Shown: piece after piece, positions 1-9,730 of the stretch | How the letters are laid out: every line of letters begins with the position of its first letter | Position numbering within the stretch: the first letter of the stretch is position 1 | NCBI GenBank assembly: GCA_040753775.1 | Contig: JBFMDT010000001.1 | Span: 58,584-122,583, forward strand | Length of the DNA stretch: 64,000 nt | Reading direction: 5' to 3' | Source: Nanobdellota archaeon | Lineage (GTDB): Archaea > Nanobdellota > Nanobdellia > SCGC-AAA011-G17 > JAFCDX01 | Made by a program: the position numbers and the translations under genes | Notes under the pieces: generated by a model | The model's input: only the letters and a program-made list of their open reading frames with translations | What the model was told of the DNA's origin: nothing | Database searches by the model: none

Positions 1-374
1 TTTCTCTTTTTTACATATTTGGATGGAATTTTGTATTGTGGTCAAATCTTTATGTTCGCACCGACTTATTTACTCCGCTAAATATGATGTTTTTTGTTTT
101 TATTTTGGTATTAGCAAGCCTTGTTTTGACATTAAGCATCTATAATTTTAGGAACATGTGCTCTAGTAAAGGAAGCGCCTCTATAGTGTCTACAGCATTT
201 ACTTCTATGTGCCCTGGTTGCCCGCCACTTATTTTATCTTTCTTCAGTACAACCGCTGGCTTTGGCCTATTTTTGGTAAAGTTCAACATTTATATTAATA
301 TCATAATAATTATTTTATTACTTATATCTTTGTATTGGCTATCTTCAGTTAAATGTAATTTTAAAAATAGATGA
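1..374 (+). CDS. Membrane protein with CPGC motif (5' end outside window), possibly metal-binding
   Basis: Frame is open from the window start; hydrophobic helices; SMCPGCPP motif; next to the copper locus. Confidence 0.6.
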   Translation, partial: SLFYIFGWNFVLWSNLYVRTDLFTPLNMMFFVFILVLASLVLTLSIYNFRNMCSSKGSASIVSTAFTSMCPGCPPLILSFFSTTAGFGLFLVKFNIYINIIIIILLLISLYWLSSVKCNFKNR

Positions 375-384
375 TATGCAAATA

Positions 385-417
385 GTTACATTTGAGTTGT
401 AACATAAATTTTATATA
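385..417 (+). promoter_or_regulatory. Palindrome GTTACA-N7-TGTAAC followed by TATA box TTTATATA
   Basis: Inverted repeat at 385-390/398-403; TATA at 410-417. Confidence 0.45.
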
Positions 418-437
418 TTACATCCATTTTTGATATA

Positions 438-647
438 TGGACAATTCGGTTGCCCTGGAAAGGGTATGATTATTGAAGGCCTCTGTCAAATGGTCGCTAT
501 TATTATTATGTCTGGACTATAACTCACAATAAGAAATCCACGTTTGATAAGCTTTTTATAACATGAAAAAGATAACCTTTAAAACAAGTTGAAGGGTTAA
601 GATTGATTTGACAGTTGTTTGAGGAACTTTTTCACCGAGTCCAGACA
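438..647 (+). ncRNA. Candidate structured ncRNA (~210 nt)
   Basis: Nested helices 438-450/634-643, 480-495/601-624; GGAA-loop hairpin 451-466; TATA about 20 nt upstream; no long ORF. Confidence 0.45.
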
Positions 648-676
648 ATATTTATAAAATATTTTTGTGAGGAAAG

Positions 677-823
677 ATGAAAAAGAAAATAAAAAAGAAT
701 AAATCTAAAAAGTCTGAGAGAAAGGCAAGTAAATCTATAAAAAAGAAAACCAGAGGACCCAGCAATAAAAGCAAGCTGTCAAAGGTAAAAAAATTAATAA
801 AATTGGCTAAAAGAAAAAAGTAA
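677..823 (+). CDS. Small, very basic 48-aa protein (MKKKIKKNKSKKSERK...)
   Basis: Translated by hand; GTGAGG SD-like site upstream; stop abuts the stop of the convergent PadR gene. Confidence 0.5.
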   Translation: MKKKIKKNKSKKSERKASKSIKKKTRGPSNKSKLSKVKKLIKLAKRKK

Positions 824-1234
824 TCAATATTTTTTATGCGTATGTGCACAATTTTTACAGCAGAAGAATAAATATCTTCCATTTATCTTCTTTTTGTAAC
901 CACCAGAATAAATTTTACACCCACAATAATAGCATGCCTTTAGGTTCGGTTTTATCCCTAGGTTTATTATTTCATCAAGCCTTTTGAGCGTATTTTTAAT
1001 GAATCTTTTTCCGTCATTTGTCAAATAATAAACCTTTTTCTCCCTGCCCCCAACCCTATTTATTTTTATGTATTTAGCCTTCTTTAGAGTACTTAAAAAT
1101 GGATAAATGTTAGAAGCGCTTATCCTTTTATTCATCTTGATGCTCAGCTCTTTTATGAGCTCATAACCATGCTTAGGCTTTTGGTGCAATAATACAAGAA
1201 TGTACAGTTTTAGGATGTTATTTATTTTTAGCAT
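824..1234 (-). CDS. PadR-family regulator with C-terminal TRASH metal-binding domain
   Basis: HGYEL...IYPFL...KKVYYLTNDG wHTH; CYYC...FFCCKNC. Confidence 0.85.
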   Translation of the reverse strand: MLKINNILKLYILVLLHQKPKHGYELIKELSIKMNKRISASNIYPFLSTLKKAKYIKINRVGGREKKVYYLTNDGKRFIKNTLKRLDEIINLGIKPNLKACYYCGCKIYSGGYKKKINGRYLFFCCKNCAHTHKKY

Positions 1235-1271
1235 TTATTTTATAGTATAGAAACATTTATATACTTTACTG

Positions 1272-1292
1272 ATATATCAAAATTAGATATAT
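1272..1292. promoter_or_regulatory. Candidate operator ATATATC-N7-GATATAT
   Basis: Perfect 7-bp inverted repeat between the TATA (1256-1263) and SD (GGAGGT) of the operon divergent from the PadR gene. Confidence 0.5.
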
Positions 1293-1304
1293 AAAGGAGG
1301 TACA

Positions 1305-1604
1305 ATGACTAAAGAGAAAGCAGAATGCGGAAGGCTTAGCACCAAGGCACTTGCTATAGCCTTAGGCGTACTTTGGGGTGCTTATGTATTTTTGTTAGGC
1401 CTGGTTTTAACAGCATTCCCGAACATAAAATTTTTCTGGGTTAGCAAAGAGTTTTTAGCTATTTTAGCAACTTTATACCCAGGATATGCGGCTACACTAG
1501 CTGGAAGCTTCATAGGCTTGTTTTGGGGCTTCTTATGCGGCTTTGTTGGTGGGGCAATAATAGCCTGGCTGCACAACTTTACACTTGAGAAGTACTGCGA
1601 ATAG
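1305..1604 (+). CDS. Small two-TM membrane protein (holin-like/DUF5676-like)
   Basis: Two hydrophobic segments; YPGY motif; strong SD. Confidence 0.65.
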   Translation: MTKEKAECGRLSTKALAIALGVLWGAYVFLLGLVLTAFPNIKFFWVSKEFLAILATLYPGYAATLAGSFIGLFWGFLCGFVGGAIIAWLHNFTLEKYCE

Positions 1605-1624
1605 GCTGGAGTTTAAGGGGCAAG

Positions 1625-1768
1625 ATGAAAAAGTTAAGATTTTATAAGTGTAAAATATGCGGGAATATGTACAAAGAGCAAAATATAGCAAAGAAATGTG
1701 GGGATTTTTGCAGAAAAAATAATGCATGCTCAACTGAAATAGCAAAATATGCAATAAACAGGAGGTAA
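1625..1768 (+). CDS. 47-aa Cys-rich putative metal-binding protein (not in ORF track)
   Basis: MKKLRFYKCKICGNMYKEQNIAKKCGDFCRKNNACSTEIAKYAINRR; sits within the operon. Confidence 0.75.
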   Translation: MKKLRFYKCKICGNMYKEQNIAKKCGDFCRKNNACSTEIAKYAINRR

Positions 1769-1770
1769 AA

Positions 1771-1950
1771 ATGCTCAGCTTATTCAAAAGAAGAGATCCT
1801 ATTTGCGGAATGAAGGAGGAGAAAGGAAAGGGCAGTGAAAAATATGGAAAATGGTTTTGTTCGGATAAATGCACCAAGGATTATGAAAAGATAATAAAAA
1901 GCTTATCAAACAAAGATAATAAAAAGCTTATCAAACGTGGATGCTGTTGA
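1771..1950 (+). CDS. 59-aa YHS/TRASH-like copper chaperone (not in ORF track)
   Basis: DPICGM...WFCSDKC motif, C-terminal GCC; GGAGGT SD. Confidence 0.85.
   Translation: MLSLFKRRDPICGMKEEKGKGSEKYGKWFCSDKCTKDYEKIIKSLSNKDNKKLIKRGCC
1887..1936 (+). repeat. Perfect 25-bp tandem duplication AAAGATAATAAAAAGCTTATCAAAC
   Basis: Copies at 1887-1911 and 1912-1936. Confidence 0.95.
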
Positions 1951-2012
1951 ACGAAACTATGATAAAAAATTAAAAAGCAGGACTTACTGAACAAATAATA
2001 TTCAAAATAAAT

Positions 2013-3026
2013 ATGCAATATGATGCAGTAATAGTTGGAGGAAGCTTTGCAGGATTAGCTGTTGCTTCTGAAGTTAGTGGAAGGGTATTGCTGATAGACA
2101 GAAAGAAAATTGGGGGCAATGTAACATCTGCATGCGGGACAAGGTATGACCTAGCAAGGGAAATAAGCAAGAAAAGTATATTGCAGAAATTTAATACTGT
2201 GACTTTAAATACAAAGAACAACGAGCATGAGGTAAAACTAAATTATCCCTATTGCACTATTGACTATGAAACATTTTGCAAAGACTGGATGAAAAAAATT
2301 GATGCTGAGTTTATAAAAACAAATGCAGTTGGATATAAAAATGGCAAGGGCGTGATAACAAAAAATGGTAATTATGATGCCAAATGTATAGTTGACTGCA
2401 GTGGATGGAATGCTGTAATAGCAAGCAGCCTGAGAAAAAACTTTGTCAATAAAAAAATGATGAGCTTTGGGATTGAAACAGAATTGAAATACAAAGATAA
2501 TACATTAAGATTTTTTGCTGATTCGGGCATAATAAAGAAAGGGGCTGCATGGATTTTCCCGATAGGCAATGAATCCAGATTTGGTGTTGCAAGCTATGTT
2601 GGCAGGACAAAAATCTTGGATAATTTAAAAAACTTTGTTAAAAGATACAAGCTAAGGCCTAAGAAAGTGTATGGCGGCTATTTTCCCTATGGATTAAGGG
2701 ATTGTGTTGCTGGAAACATCTTTCTCGTTGGAGATAGCGCTTGCCAGACAATTCCCTTGACAGGAGAGGGCATAAGAATAGCGGTCAATTATGGAAGGGA
2801 ATGCGGAAAAATAGTGCAAAAAGTCATAGACAATGAAATAACATTAGAGCAAGGCTTAAATATGTACGGGGAAATAGGAAACAAAAATAAAAGATATTAT
2901 GAGCTTATACTTAAGGCGCAGAATATGTTTATAAATATGAGCGATGTTACAATAGAAAGATTTGCCAAACTGCTTGATAACAAAATGCTTATGAAGATAA
3001 TGGAGGAAAAATACCAGGGGTTATGA
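2013..3026 (+). CDS. Geranylgeranyl reductase-family FAD oxidoreductase
   Basis: [13 protein letters not shown] and LVGDSA...PLTGEGI motifs. Confidence 0.8.
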   Translation: MQYDAVIVGGSFAGLAVASEVSGRVLLIDRKKIGGNVTSACGTRYDLAREISKKSILQKFNTVTLNTKNNEHEVKLNYPYCTIDYETFCKDWMKKIDAEFIKTNAVGYKNGKGVITKNGNYDAKCIVDCSGWNAVIASSLRKNFVNKKMMSFGIETELKYKDNTLRFFADSGIIKKGAAWIFPIGNESRFGVASYVGRTKILDNLKNFVKRYKLRPKKVYGGYFPYGLRDCVAGNIFLVGDSACQTIPLTGEGIRIAVNYGRECGKIVQKVIDNEITLEQGLNMYGEIGNKNKRYYELILKAQNMFINMSDVTIERFAKLLDNKMLMKIMEEKYQGL

Positions 3027-5476
3027 CAAAAAAAATAATAGCAATAAGCGGAATGCATTGTGCTAGCTGTGCAAACACAATAGAAAAGGCTTTAAAAAAA
3101 CTTAAGGGAATAAAAGATGCTTCTGTCAATTATGCAACAGAAAAGGCAACAATAGAGCATGATGAAAAGTTTGAGATGTCTGAAGCTGCTAAGGCAATAA
3201 AAAGTCTTGGATATACACCATTGGAAGCAGAGGCTGTTGCTAAGGGAGAAATAAGGCTTAAAGTTATAGGAATGTCAAGCCCGCACTGCTCAAACATAGT
3301 CCAAAATGCATTGAACAAGCTTAAGGGAATAACAAATGCAGAGCTTAATTTTGCAAACGAGCTGGCAGTAATAAAATACAACCCAAATATTATAAATGTC
3401 AAAGGGATAAAGAATGAGCTCAAAAAGGCTGGCTACGAGGCTATTGAAGAAAGTTTTGTTGACAGGGAAAAAGAGGCAAGACAGAGGGACATCAGAACAT
3501 TAAGATTAGAATTCATAGTCAGTTTAATTCTTAGTATTCCTATAGTTCTCATAAGTATTCCTGATTGGTTTGGTATAGAAGTCCCATTTGTAAGTGTTCC
3601 ACATGCTTATATGAATTATGTACTTTTCATATTAACAACACCAATTCAATTGATAATAGCAAAAAGATTTTACAAGGGAATGTATTTTGCACTGAAAAAT
3701 AAATCAGCGAACATGGATACTTTAATAGCAGTGGGAACATCAGCTGCTTACTTATACAGTGTTGTTGTAACATTTTTTCCAAATATATTTCAGGACAATG
3801 TTTATTACGATGTTTCTGCCATTATCATTACATTCATAATCCTTGGAAAATATTTAGAGGCTGTCATGAAGGGAAAGACTTCAGAGGCTATTAAAAAATT
3901 GCTTGGATTAAGGCCAAAAACAGCAAGAGTTGTAAGAAATGGCAAGGAGATTGAAATAAGCATAGATGATGTAAGGGTGAATGACATTGTTGTTATAAAA
4001 CCAGGAGAAAAGATCCCTGTTGATGGAATTGTAATTGAGGGAAGCACTTCTGTTGATGAAAGCATGATTACTGGGGAGAGCATTCCTGTTGAGAAAAATA
4101 AGGGAGATGAGGTAATAGGAGCTACAATAAATAAAAATGGATTAATCAAATTTAAAGCAACTAAGGTTGGAAAGGACACTGTATTAGCACAGATTATTAA
4201 GCTTGTTGAGGAAGCACAGGGAAGCAAAGCACCAATACAAAGGCTGGCTGACAAGGTAAGCAGTTATTTTGTTCCTGTTGTCATAGTAATTGCTGTTTTA
4301 TCAGCTTTATTCTGGTATTTTATTGGAGCAAGCTTAACTACACTCAGCATGGCACCATTTGTATTTTCTTTAAGCATTTTTGTAGCTGTATTGATAATTG
4401 CATGCCCTTGCGCTCTTGGCTTAGCAACACCAACAGCTATAATGGTTGGAACAGGAAAGGGAGCTGAAAATGGAATCTTGATTAAGGGGGGTGAAGCATT
4501 AGAAACAGCGCATAAGTTAACAACAGTTATATTCGATAAAACAGGAACATTGACAAAAGGAAAGCCAGAGGTGACGGATATTGTTGCAGCAGAAAAATTT
4601 AATGAAAATGATGTTTTGAAATATGCTGCAATTGCTGAAAAGGGAAGCGAGCATCCATTAGCAGATGCCATTTTGAATAAGGTAAAGAAGATTGCAGGAT
4701 TTAAGATACCAGAAGCAAGTTCATTTAAGGCCCTGCCAGGATTGGGAGTTGAGGTAAAATACAAAGGAACAGAAATTTTATTGGGGAACAGAAAATTAAT
4801 GATTGATAAAAAAGTTGATATAAAAGATTTGGAAGACAATATTAGGAAATTAGAAGAGCAAGGAAAGACTGTAATTGTAGTTTCTTTTAGAAGAAAGGCT
4901 ATAGGAATAATTGCTGTTGCGGATACTTTAAAGGAGAATAGCAAAGAGGCTGTTGAAATTCTGCATAAAATGAAGAAAGAAGTAGTGATGATAACCGGTG
5001 ATAATGAAAGAACAGCAAGGGCTATTGCAAGCAAAATTGGAATTGATAGGGTGTTAGCTGATGTTTTGCCTGGAGAGAAAGCCCATGCTGTTAAGAAGCT
5101 GCAGGAAGAGGGAAAGATTGTTGCTTTTACAGGAGATGGGATCAATGATGCCCCGGCAATGGCACAGGCAGATGTAGGGATTGCTGTTGGCTCTGGAACT
5201 GATGTTGCTATTGAGACTGGCGATATTATATTAATTAAGGATGACTTGAGGGATGTTGTAAGGGCAATCAACCTGAGCAAATACACATTGAAAAAGATTA
5301 AACAAAATTTATTCTGGGCATTTTTTTACAATAGTGTTGGAATCCCTGTTGCAGCTGGTATATTGTACCCTCTTGGATTTTTGCTTAACCCAATAATAGC
5401 AGGCGCTGCAATGGCTTTTAGCTCTGTAAGCGTTGTAGGAAATTCCTTGCTGATGAGAAGGTATAAGGTAAAATGA
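3023..5476 (+). CDS. copA: Cu(I)-exporting P1B ATPase with two HMA domains
   Basis: GMHCASC, TGES, CPCALG, DKTGT, SEHP, GDGIND, YN and MAFSS motifs. Confidence 0.97.
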   Translation: MTKKIIAISGMHCASCANTIEKALKKLKGIKDASVNYATEKATIEHDEKFEMSEAAKAIKSLGYTPLEAEAVAKGEIRLKVIGMSSPHCSNIVQNALNKLKGITNAELNFANELAVIKYNPNIINVKGIKNELKKAGYEAIEESFVDREKEARQRDIRTLRLEFIVSLILSIPIVLISIPDWFGIEVPFVSVPHAYMNYVLFILTTPIQLIIAKRFYKGMYFALKNKSANMDTLIAVGTSAAYLYSVVVTFFPNIFQDNVYYDVSAIIITFIILGKYLEAVMKGKTSEAIKKLLGLRPKTARVVRNGKEIEISIDDVRVNDIVVIKPGEKIPVDGIVIEGSTSVDESMITGESIPVEKNKGDEVIGATINKNGLIKFKATKVGKDTVLAQIIKLVEEAQGSKAPIQRLADKVSSYFVPVVIVIAVLSALFWYFIGASLTTLSMAPFVFSLSIFVAVLIIACPCALGLATPTAIMVGTGKGAENGILIKGGEALETAHKLTTVIFDKTGTLTKGKPEVTDIVAAEKFNENDVLKYAAIAEKGSEHPLADAILNKVKKIAGFKIPEASSFKALPGLGVEVKYKGTEILLGNRKLMIDKKVDIKDLEDNIRKLEEQGKTVIVVSFRRKAIGIIAVADTLKENSKEAVEILHKMKKEVVMITGDNERTARAIASKIGIDRVLADVLPGEKAHAVKKLQEEGKIVAFTGDGINDAPAMAQADVGIAVGSGTDVAIETGDIILIKDDLRDVVRAINLSKYTLKKIKQNLFWAFFYNSVGIPVAAGILYPLGFLLNPIIAGAAMAFSSVSVVGNSLLMRRYKVK

Positions 5477-5991
5477 TTGATTTAATATTAATAATTATTT
5501 TCATGGTGCTTTCTATAGACATCTTCATGGTTTACAAGTATAAGGTGATGCACAAGTCAAGACACAAATATGGGTTGGCTGCCTTGCATGTGCTTGTTCT
5601 GCTATTAAACATAATCTTTATTTTTTACTTGGGAATAAAATATTACAATGATATTAAGACAAATTTTTTAGGTTATGTTTTCGTTTTAATCGGCTTTTTG
5701 CTGGGTTTGGCTGCATTACGCACTATAAAAGAAACAGCTATTCTGCCAAAAAACAAATTGGTTGTTAAAGGCCCTTACAAATATATGAGGCACCCTATAT
5801 ACATGGCAGATATTATAATGCTGTTTGGGCTCAGCTTAGTATTTGGCTCTTTATACCTTTTAACTTACACAATAGCTTTGGTGTTTGCACTAAGATATTT
5901 GGCTAAAAAAGAGGAGAAAGAGCTTGTAAAGAGATTTGGAAATAATTATAAGGATTATATACAGAAGGTAAAGGGGTTTGGTATTTTCTAA
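5473..5991 (+). CDS. ICMT/PEMT-family membrane methyltransferase
   Basis: [11 protein letters not shown] and EE..L...FG..Y..Y motifs. Confidence 0.85.
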   Translation: MIDLILIIIFMVLSIDIFMVYKYKVMHKSRHKYGLAALHVLVLLLNIIFIFYLGIKYYNDIKTNFLGYVFVLIGFLLGLAALRTIKETAILPKNKLVVKGPYKYMRHPIYMADIIMLFGLSLVFGSLYLLTYTIALVFALRYLAKKEEKELVKRFGNNYKDYIQKVKGFGIF

Positions 5992-7146
5992 ATGAAAGGG
6001 AAGTTATCAAAAAATGTAATCTGGATGGGCGTCGTAAGTTTGCTTACTGATGTTAGTAGCGAGATGATTTTTCCAATACTACCATTGTTTTTGGCAAACA
6101 TTCTTAATGCAAGCAAGTCCGCAATAGGCATTATAGAAGGGCTTGCTGAGAGCACTGCATCCATATTAAAAGTATTTTCTGGATGGCTTTCAGATAAGCT
6201 CAACAAAAGGAAGGCAATTATTGTTTTTGGATACAGCCTTAGCACAATTATGAAACCCTTGTTTGCAGTCTCAACATTATGGCAGTATGTTTTAGTTATA
6301 AGATTTTTTGACAGGTTTGGAAAGGGAACAAGAGATCCGCCGAGAGATGCCTTAATTGCAGCATCAACAAATAAAGATGTTAAAGGAAGGGCATTTGGGT
6401 TTCACAAGATGATGGACACTATAGGGGCTATCATAGGAACGCTTGCTGCATTTTTGCTTTTGGCATTTGCCTTCAACTACAGGAGCATATTCTGGTTCAG
6501 TTTTATTCCAGGGGCAATCGCTGTTTTAGTGCTTATATTTTTTGTAAAGGAAATCAAAAATAAAGTAAACAATGAGATAAAGCTAAAGGAAAGTTTTGGA
6601 AGAGAATTCAAGATATTTGTTTTAATATCATCCTTGTTTTCTTTAGGAAACTTCAGTTACGCCTTTTTTATACTTAAGGCGCAGGAATTTGTACAAGCTT
6701 TGTTTATTCCTATCATTTATCTTCTTTATAATGTGTCCTATGCCTTGTTTGCAATGCCAGCCGGTAATTTATCAGACAAGTTCGGCAGGAGAAATATTAT
6801 TGCAATAGGCTATATTTTATTTGGCATTGTTGCATTTGCATTTACTGTTATAGCAAACAGCATTTTTGCATGGGTTCTATTTATTTTTTATGGAATATCT
6901 ATAGCTTTCAGAGAGGCTGTTTCAAGGGCTTATGTAACAGACTTGGTCGACAAGGACAAGAGGGCTACTGCTTTTGGTGTATTTTATATGGCTAATGGTC
7001 TAGTGATGTTTCCTGCCAGCATTATTGCAGGGAAATTATGGGACATTTATGGAAGCAATTTGGTATTTTTGTATGCATCTGTCATATCTATAATTTCAGC
7101 TGTTTTGCTTTTGTTATTGCTTGACAAAAAGCTTAAAAATAATTGA
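5992..7146 (+). CDS. MFS transporter
   Basis: About 12 TM; GWLSDKLNKRK and GNLSDKFGRR motifs. Confidence 0.9.
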   Translation: MKGKLSKNVIWMGVVSLLTDVSSEMIFPILPLFLANILNASKSAIGIIEGLAESTASILKVFSGWLSDKLNKRKAIIVFGYSLSTIMKPLFAVSTLWQYVLVIRFFDRFGKGTRDPPRDALIAASTNKDVKGRAFGFHKMMDTIGAIIGTLAAFLLLAFAFNYRSIFWFSFIPGAIAVLVLIFFVKEIKNKVNNEIKLKESFGREFKIFVLISSLFSLGNFSYAFFILKAQEFVQALFIPIIYLLYNVSYALFAMPAGNLSDKFGRRNIIAIGYILFGIVAFAFTVIANSIFAWVLFIFYGISIAFREAVSRAYVTDLVDKDKRATAFGVFYMANGLVMFPASIIAGKLWDIYGSNLVFLYASVISIISAVLLLLLLDKKLKNN

Positions 7147-7161
7147 GGCTTTTGATTAACT

Positions 7162-7467
7162 ATGAAGAGGCTTTGTTTGATCGTTTTAATTAGTATTTTT
7201 TTAGGCGGTTGCGCTCAGCAAATAGAGCCCAAAGAGCAAGTTGTTTCCAAGTGCATTGAGCTATGCAATTCCAAGTTAGACACGCAAGATTTAAATAACG
7301 GGCCTTGCTTAGGATTAATAGCTAATGATTGGGTGTGCGATGTTGCGCATAACCCAAGGCAGGCAGTGGACAATATTCAGGAAAATCAATGCAGTGAATT
7401 TAGGGAAGGAAAAGCAAAACATTTTATTGAGGTTGATCCAAAATGCGAACTAATAAGAGCAGTATAA
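7162..7467 (+). CDS. Cys-rich putative lipoprotein
   Basis: Lipobox-like LGGC; conserved-looking GPCL, WVCDVAH and HFIEVD. Confidence 0.7.
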   Translation: MKRLCLIVLISIFLGGCAQQIEPKEQVVSKCIELCNSKLDTQDLNNGPCLGLIANDWVCDVAHNPRQAVDNIQENQCSEFREGKAKHFIEVDPKCELIRAV

Positions 7468-7799
7468 AAATCATTTTAGCCTTATTCTTAATCTTGTTTA
7501 TTGCAGCGTGTGCACAGCAAGCAGAAGAACAAAGCTCAGCTGTTGAAGCGCAGGATACAGCACTTATAGAGATTAGCAATTTTCAGTTTGTTCCAGGCAC
7601 AGCTACAATTAAAAGGGGTGGAACAGTAACTTGGGTGCAAAAAGATTCTGTAGCACATACGATTGCTATCAAGGATTTACAAACATCATCTTTATTAAAT
7701 GAGGGAGAGCAATGGAACTTTACTTTTGACAAGACAGGAAGCTACAGTTATATATGCAGCATACATCCCAGCATGAAGGGAAAGATAATTGTTAAATGA
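7443..7799 (+). CDS. Cupredoxin (plastocyanin/amicyanin-like) lipoprotein
   Basis: Type-1 Cu ligands H...C-x2-H-x2-M; IAAC lipobox. Confidence 0.9.
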   Translation: MRTNKSSIKIILALFLILFIAACAQQAEEQSSAVEAQDTALIEISNFQFVPGTATIKRGGTVTWVQKDSVAHTIAIKDLQTSSLLNEGEQWNFTFDKTGSYSYICSIHPSMKGKIIVK

Positions 7800-7838
7800 G
7801 AGCAAAAGATTTAAAAAATGACATAATGATCATTCTAT

Positions 7839-8624
7839 ATGAAGCACAGCATAAAAATAACAGTAATACTCCTTTCTTTGTTTATTTTAGCACAAATTAT
7901 TGGTCTTGTTATAGTAAAAAACTATATTTCAGAGCCTCTGCCGTATAAAATTGAAAAGCCGGAGATTAGAGAGACAACATCTTTTATACCCCTGACTTTT
8001 GCTATATTAATTGCAACTGCCTTAGCCCTGTTTTTATTGTATTTCAGGGCAAGGAGAATATGGAAATTTTGGTTTTTTATAAGCGTGTTATTCTGCCTGC
8101 TTATAGCATTTGGGGTATTTGTAAATGAAAAAATCGCTTTAATACTTGCGTTTGTTTTTTCTTTGCTGAAGGTATACAAGCCAAATGTAATACTTCATAA
8201 TTTGACTGAGTTATTTATCTATGGGGGCTTAGCTGCCTTATTTGTCCCTATACTTAATATTTTTTCTATTTCAGTTCTTCTTGTTATAATTTCTCTGTAT
8301 GATATGATTGCTGTATGGAAGACAAAGTATATGGTAAAAATGGTGAAGTTTCAGAGCAAGCTAAAGGTGTTTGCAGGATTGCTTATACCTTATGGAAAGG
8401 ACAAGACAGCAATTCTTGGTGGGGGTGATATTGGATTTCCGCTGCTGTTTTCAGGGACAGTACTTAAGACTTATGGCTTGCAGCCAGCTTTATTTTCCAT
8501 AATTTTTACAAGCCTTGCTTTATTGTTTTTATTGCTGATAGCTGAGAAGAAAAAGTATTATCCTGCAATGCCTTTCTTGGCTGCTGGGTGCTTTATTAGT
8601 TTATTAATTATAAATTTAATTTGA
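7839..8624 (+). CDS. Presenilin/SPP-family intramembrane aspartyl protease
   Basis: YD, GGGD and PAMP motifs. Confidence 0.9.
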   Translation: MKHSIKITVILLSLFILAQIIGLVIVKNYISEPLPYKIEKPEIRETTSFIPLTFAILIATALALFLLYFRARRIWKFWFFISVLFCLLIAFGVFVNEKIALILAFVFSLLKVYKPNVILHNLTELFIYGGLAALFVPILNIFSISVLLVIISLYDMIAVWKTKYMVKMVKFQSKLKVFAGLLIPYGKDKTAILGGGDIGFPLLFSGTVLKTYGLQPALFSIIFTSLALLFLLLIAEKKKYYPAMPFLAAGCFISLLIINLI

Positions 8625-8673
8625 ATAAAGAAAAAGGGCCGAAGGAAAAACCTCGATGATGGGAAAGGGAAAA

Positions 8674-8796
8674 GCCTCGGAAATGGGAAGGTTTTGAATG
8701 AGGCTGGAGCTTGCTAAAGTGTTGAATTTTGGCAGTGTAGGGCTTATGCTTGGGGTTCCACAGGAAATGAGGTCTCGATTGTGGGAAAGGGTGTAG
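8674..8796 (+). repeat. 123-bp direct repeat, copy A (ORB-like core)
   Basis: Gapless alignment to 9608-9730; last 47 bp identical. Confidence 0.9.
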
Positions 8797-8896
8797 TAGA
8801 GGGTGGAAATGAATGGTAGATAAAGAGGATGAAATTAAGGGAAGAAATATTTAAATAGTTGGAAAAAGAAAAATAGTATGGAAAAAGAGGGAAGGT

Positions 8897-9277
8897 ATGA
8901 GAAAAGAAATTGAGGATTGGGTAAAGCAAGCACTTGCAGATTTAAGAAAAGCCGAAGTTCTAATCAATAGCAAAAATTTTGATGGGGCTGTATTTTTCTG
9001 TCAACAGGCAGTAGAAAAATCTCTGAAAGCTTTATACATGCTTAAATTAAAAGAAATTCCAAAAGGACACTCTATAATTTATTTTGCACAAAAGGTTAAT
9101 GTTCCAAAAGAAATGCTGTCAGGCATAAGGGACTTGAATCCAGAGTATTTGATTACAAGATATCCTGATATGGCTGCAGGCATTCCTGCAGAACTTTATG
9201 ATGCAGAGATTGCTAATAGACATAAAAAAACTGCAGAACAGGTGCTAAAATGGGTAGAACAAAAGATAAAAAAATAA
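8897..9277 (+). CDS. HEPN-domain protein (HEPN-MNT pair)
   Basis: FFCQQAVEKSLKA, GHS and YLITRYPD motifs. Confidence 0.9.
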   Translation: MRKEIEDWVKQALADLRKAEVLINSKNFDGAVFFCQQAVEKSLKALYMLKLKEIPKGHSIIYFAQKVNVPKEMLSGIRDLNPEYLITRYPDMAAGIPAELYDAEIANRHKKTAEQVLKWVEQKIKK

Positions 9278-9564
9278 AAGATTTTATCAATAAAATTAAA
9301 AAAAAATATAATGTACAAAATGCAATATTATTTGGAAGCAGGGCAAGAGGCGATTACTTAAAAAACAGCGATTACGACATTATTATTGTCTCTAAAGATT
9401 TTAAAGGCATTTTTTTTACACAGAGGATTGCTAAAATGTATGCCTTTTGGAAATATTACCCGCTTGAAATAGAGCCTTTGTGCTATACCCCAGAAGAGTT
9501 TAAGAAAAAAGCAAAAGAGCATGGGACTGTTAGAACTGCGATTAAAGAAGGGATTAAGTTATAA
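9250..9564 (+). CDS. Minimal nucleotidyltransferase (MNT)
   Basis: LFGSRARGD...SDYD motif. Confidence 0.9.
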   Translation: MGRTKDKKIKDFINKIKKKYNVQNAILFGSRARGDYLKNSDYDIIIVSKDFKGIFFTQRIAKMYAFWKYYPLEIEPLCYTPEEFKKKAKEHGTVRTAIKEGIKL

Positions 9565-9607
9565 AAAGCAATAAGAAGAATCTATAGAAAATGAGGTCTC
9601 GAAATAG

Positions 9608-9730
9608 GCCTCGATTCTGAGAAGGTTTTGAATAAGGTAGGATTTTTCGGAAATGCAGAATTTTACTGGTATAAGGCTTGCTGTTGGGGTTCCACAGGAA
9701 ATGAGGTCTCGATTGTGGGAAAGGGTGTAG
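9608..9730 (+). repeat. 123-bp direct repeat, copy B (ORB-like core)
   Basis: See copy A; offset 934 bp. Confidence 0.9.

Noticed and set aside
437..522. Mini-ORFs at 437-469 and 466-522
   Set aside because: Only 10 and 18 aa with no supporting features; base-pairing explains the region better, though a leader peptide is not excluded.
1305..1604. Prophage inferred from the holin-like protein
   Set aside because: No viral genes nearby; the context is a copper operon.
3130..5286. Long antisense ORFs within copA (similar ones occur in the ABC and secD genes)
   Set aside because: Antisense shadows caused by codon bias; no independent signals.
8674..9730. Diversity-generating retroelement TR/VR pair
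   Set aside because: Mismatches are not adenine-specific on either strand, both copies are intergenic, and there is no reverse transcriptase in the window.
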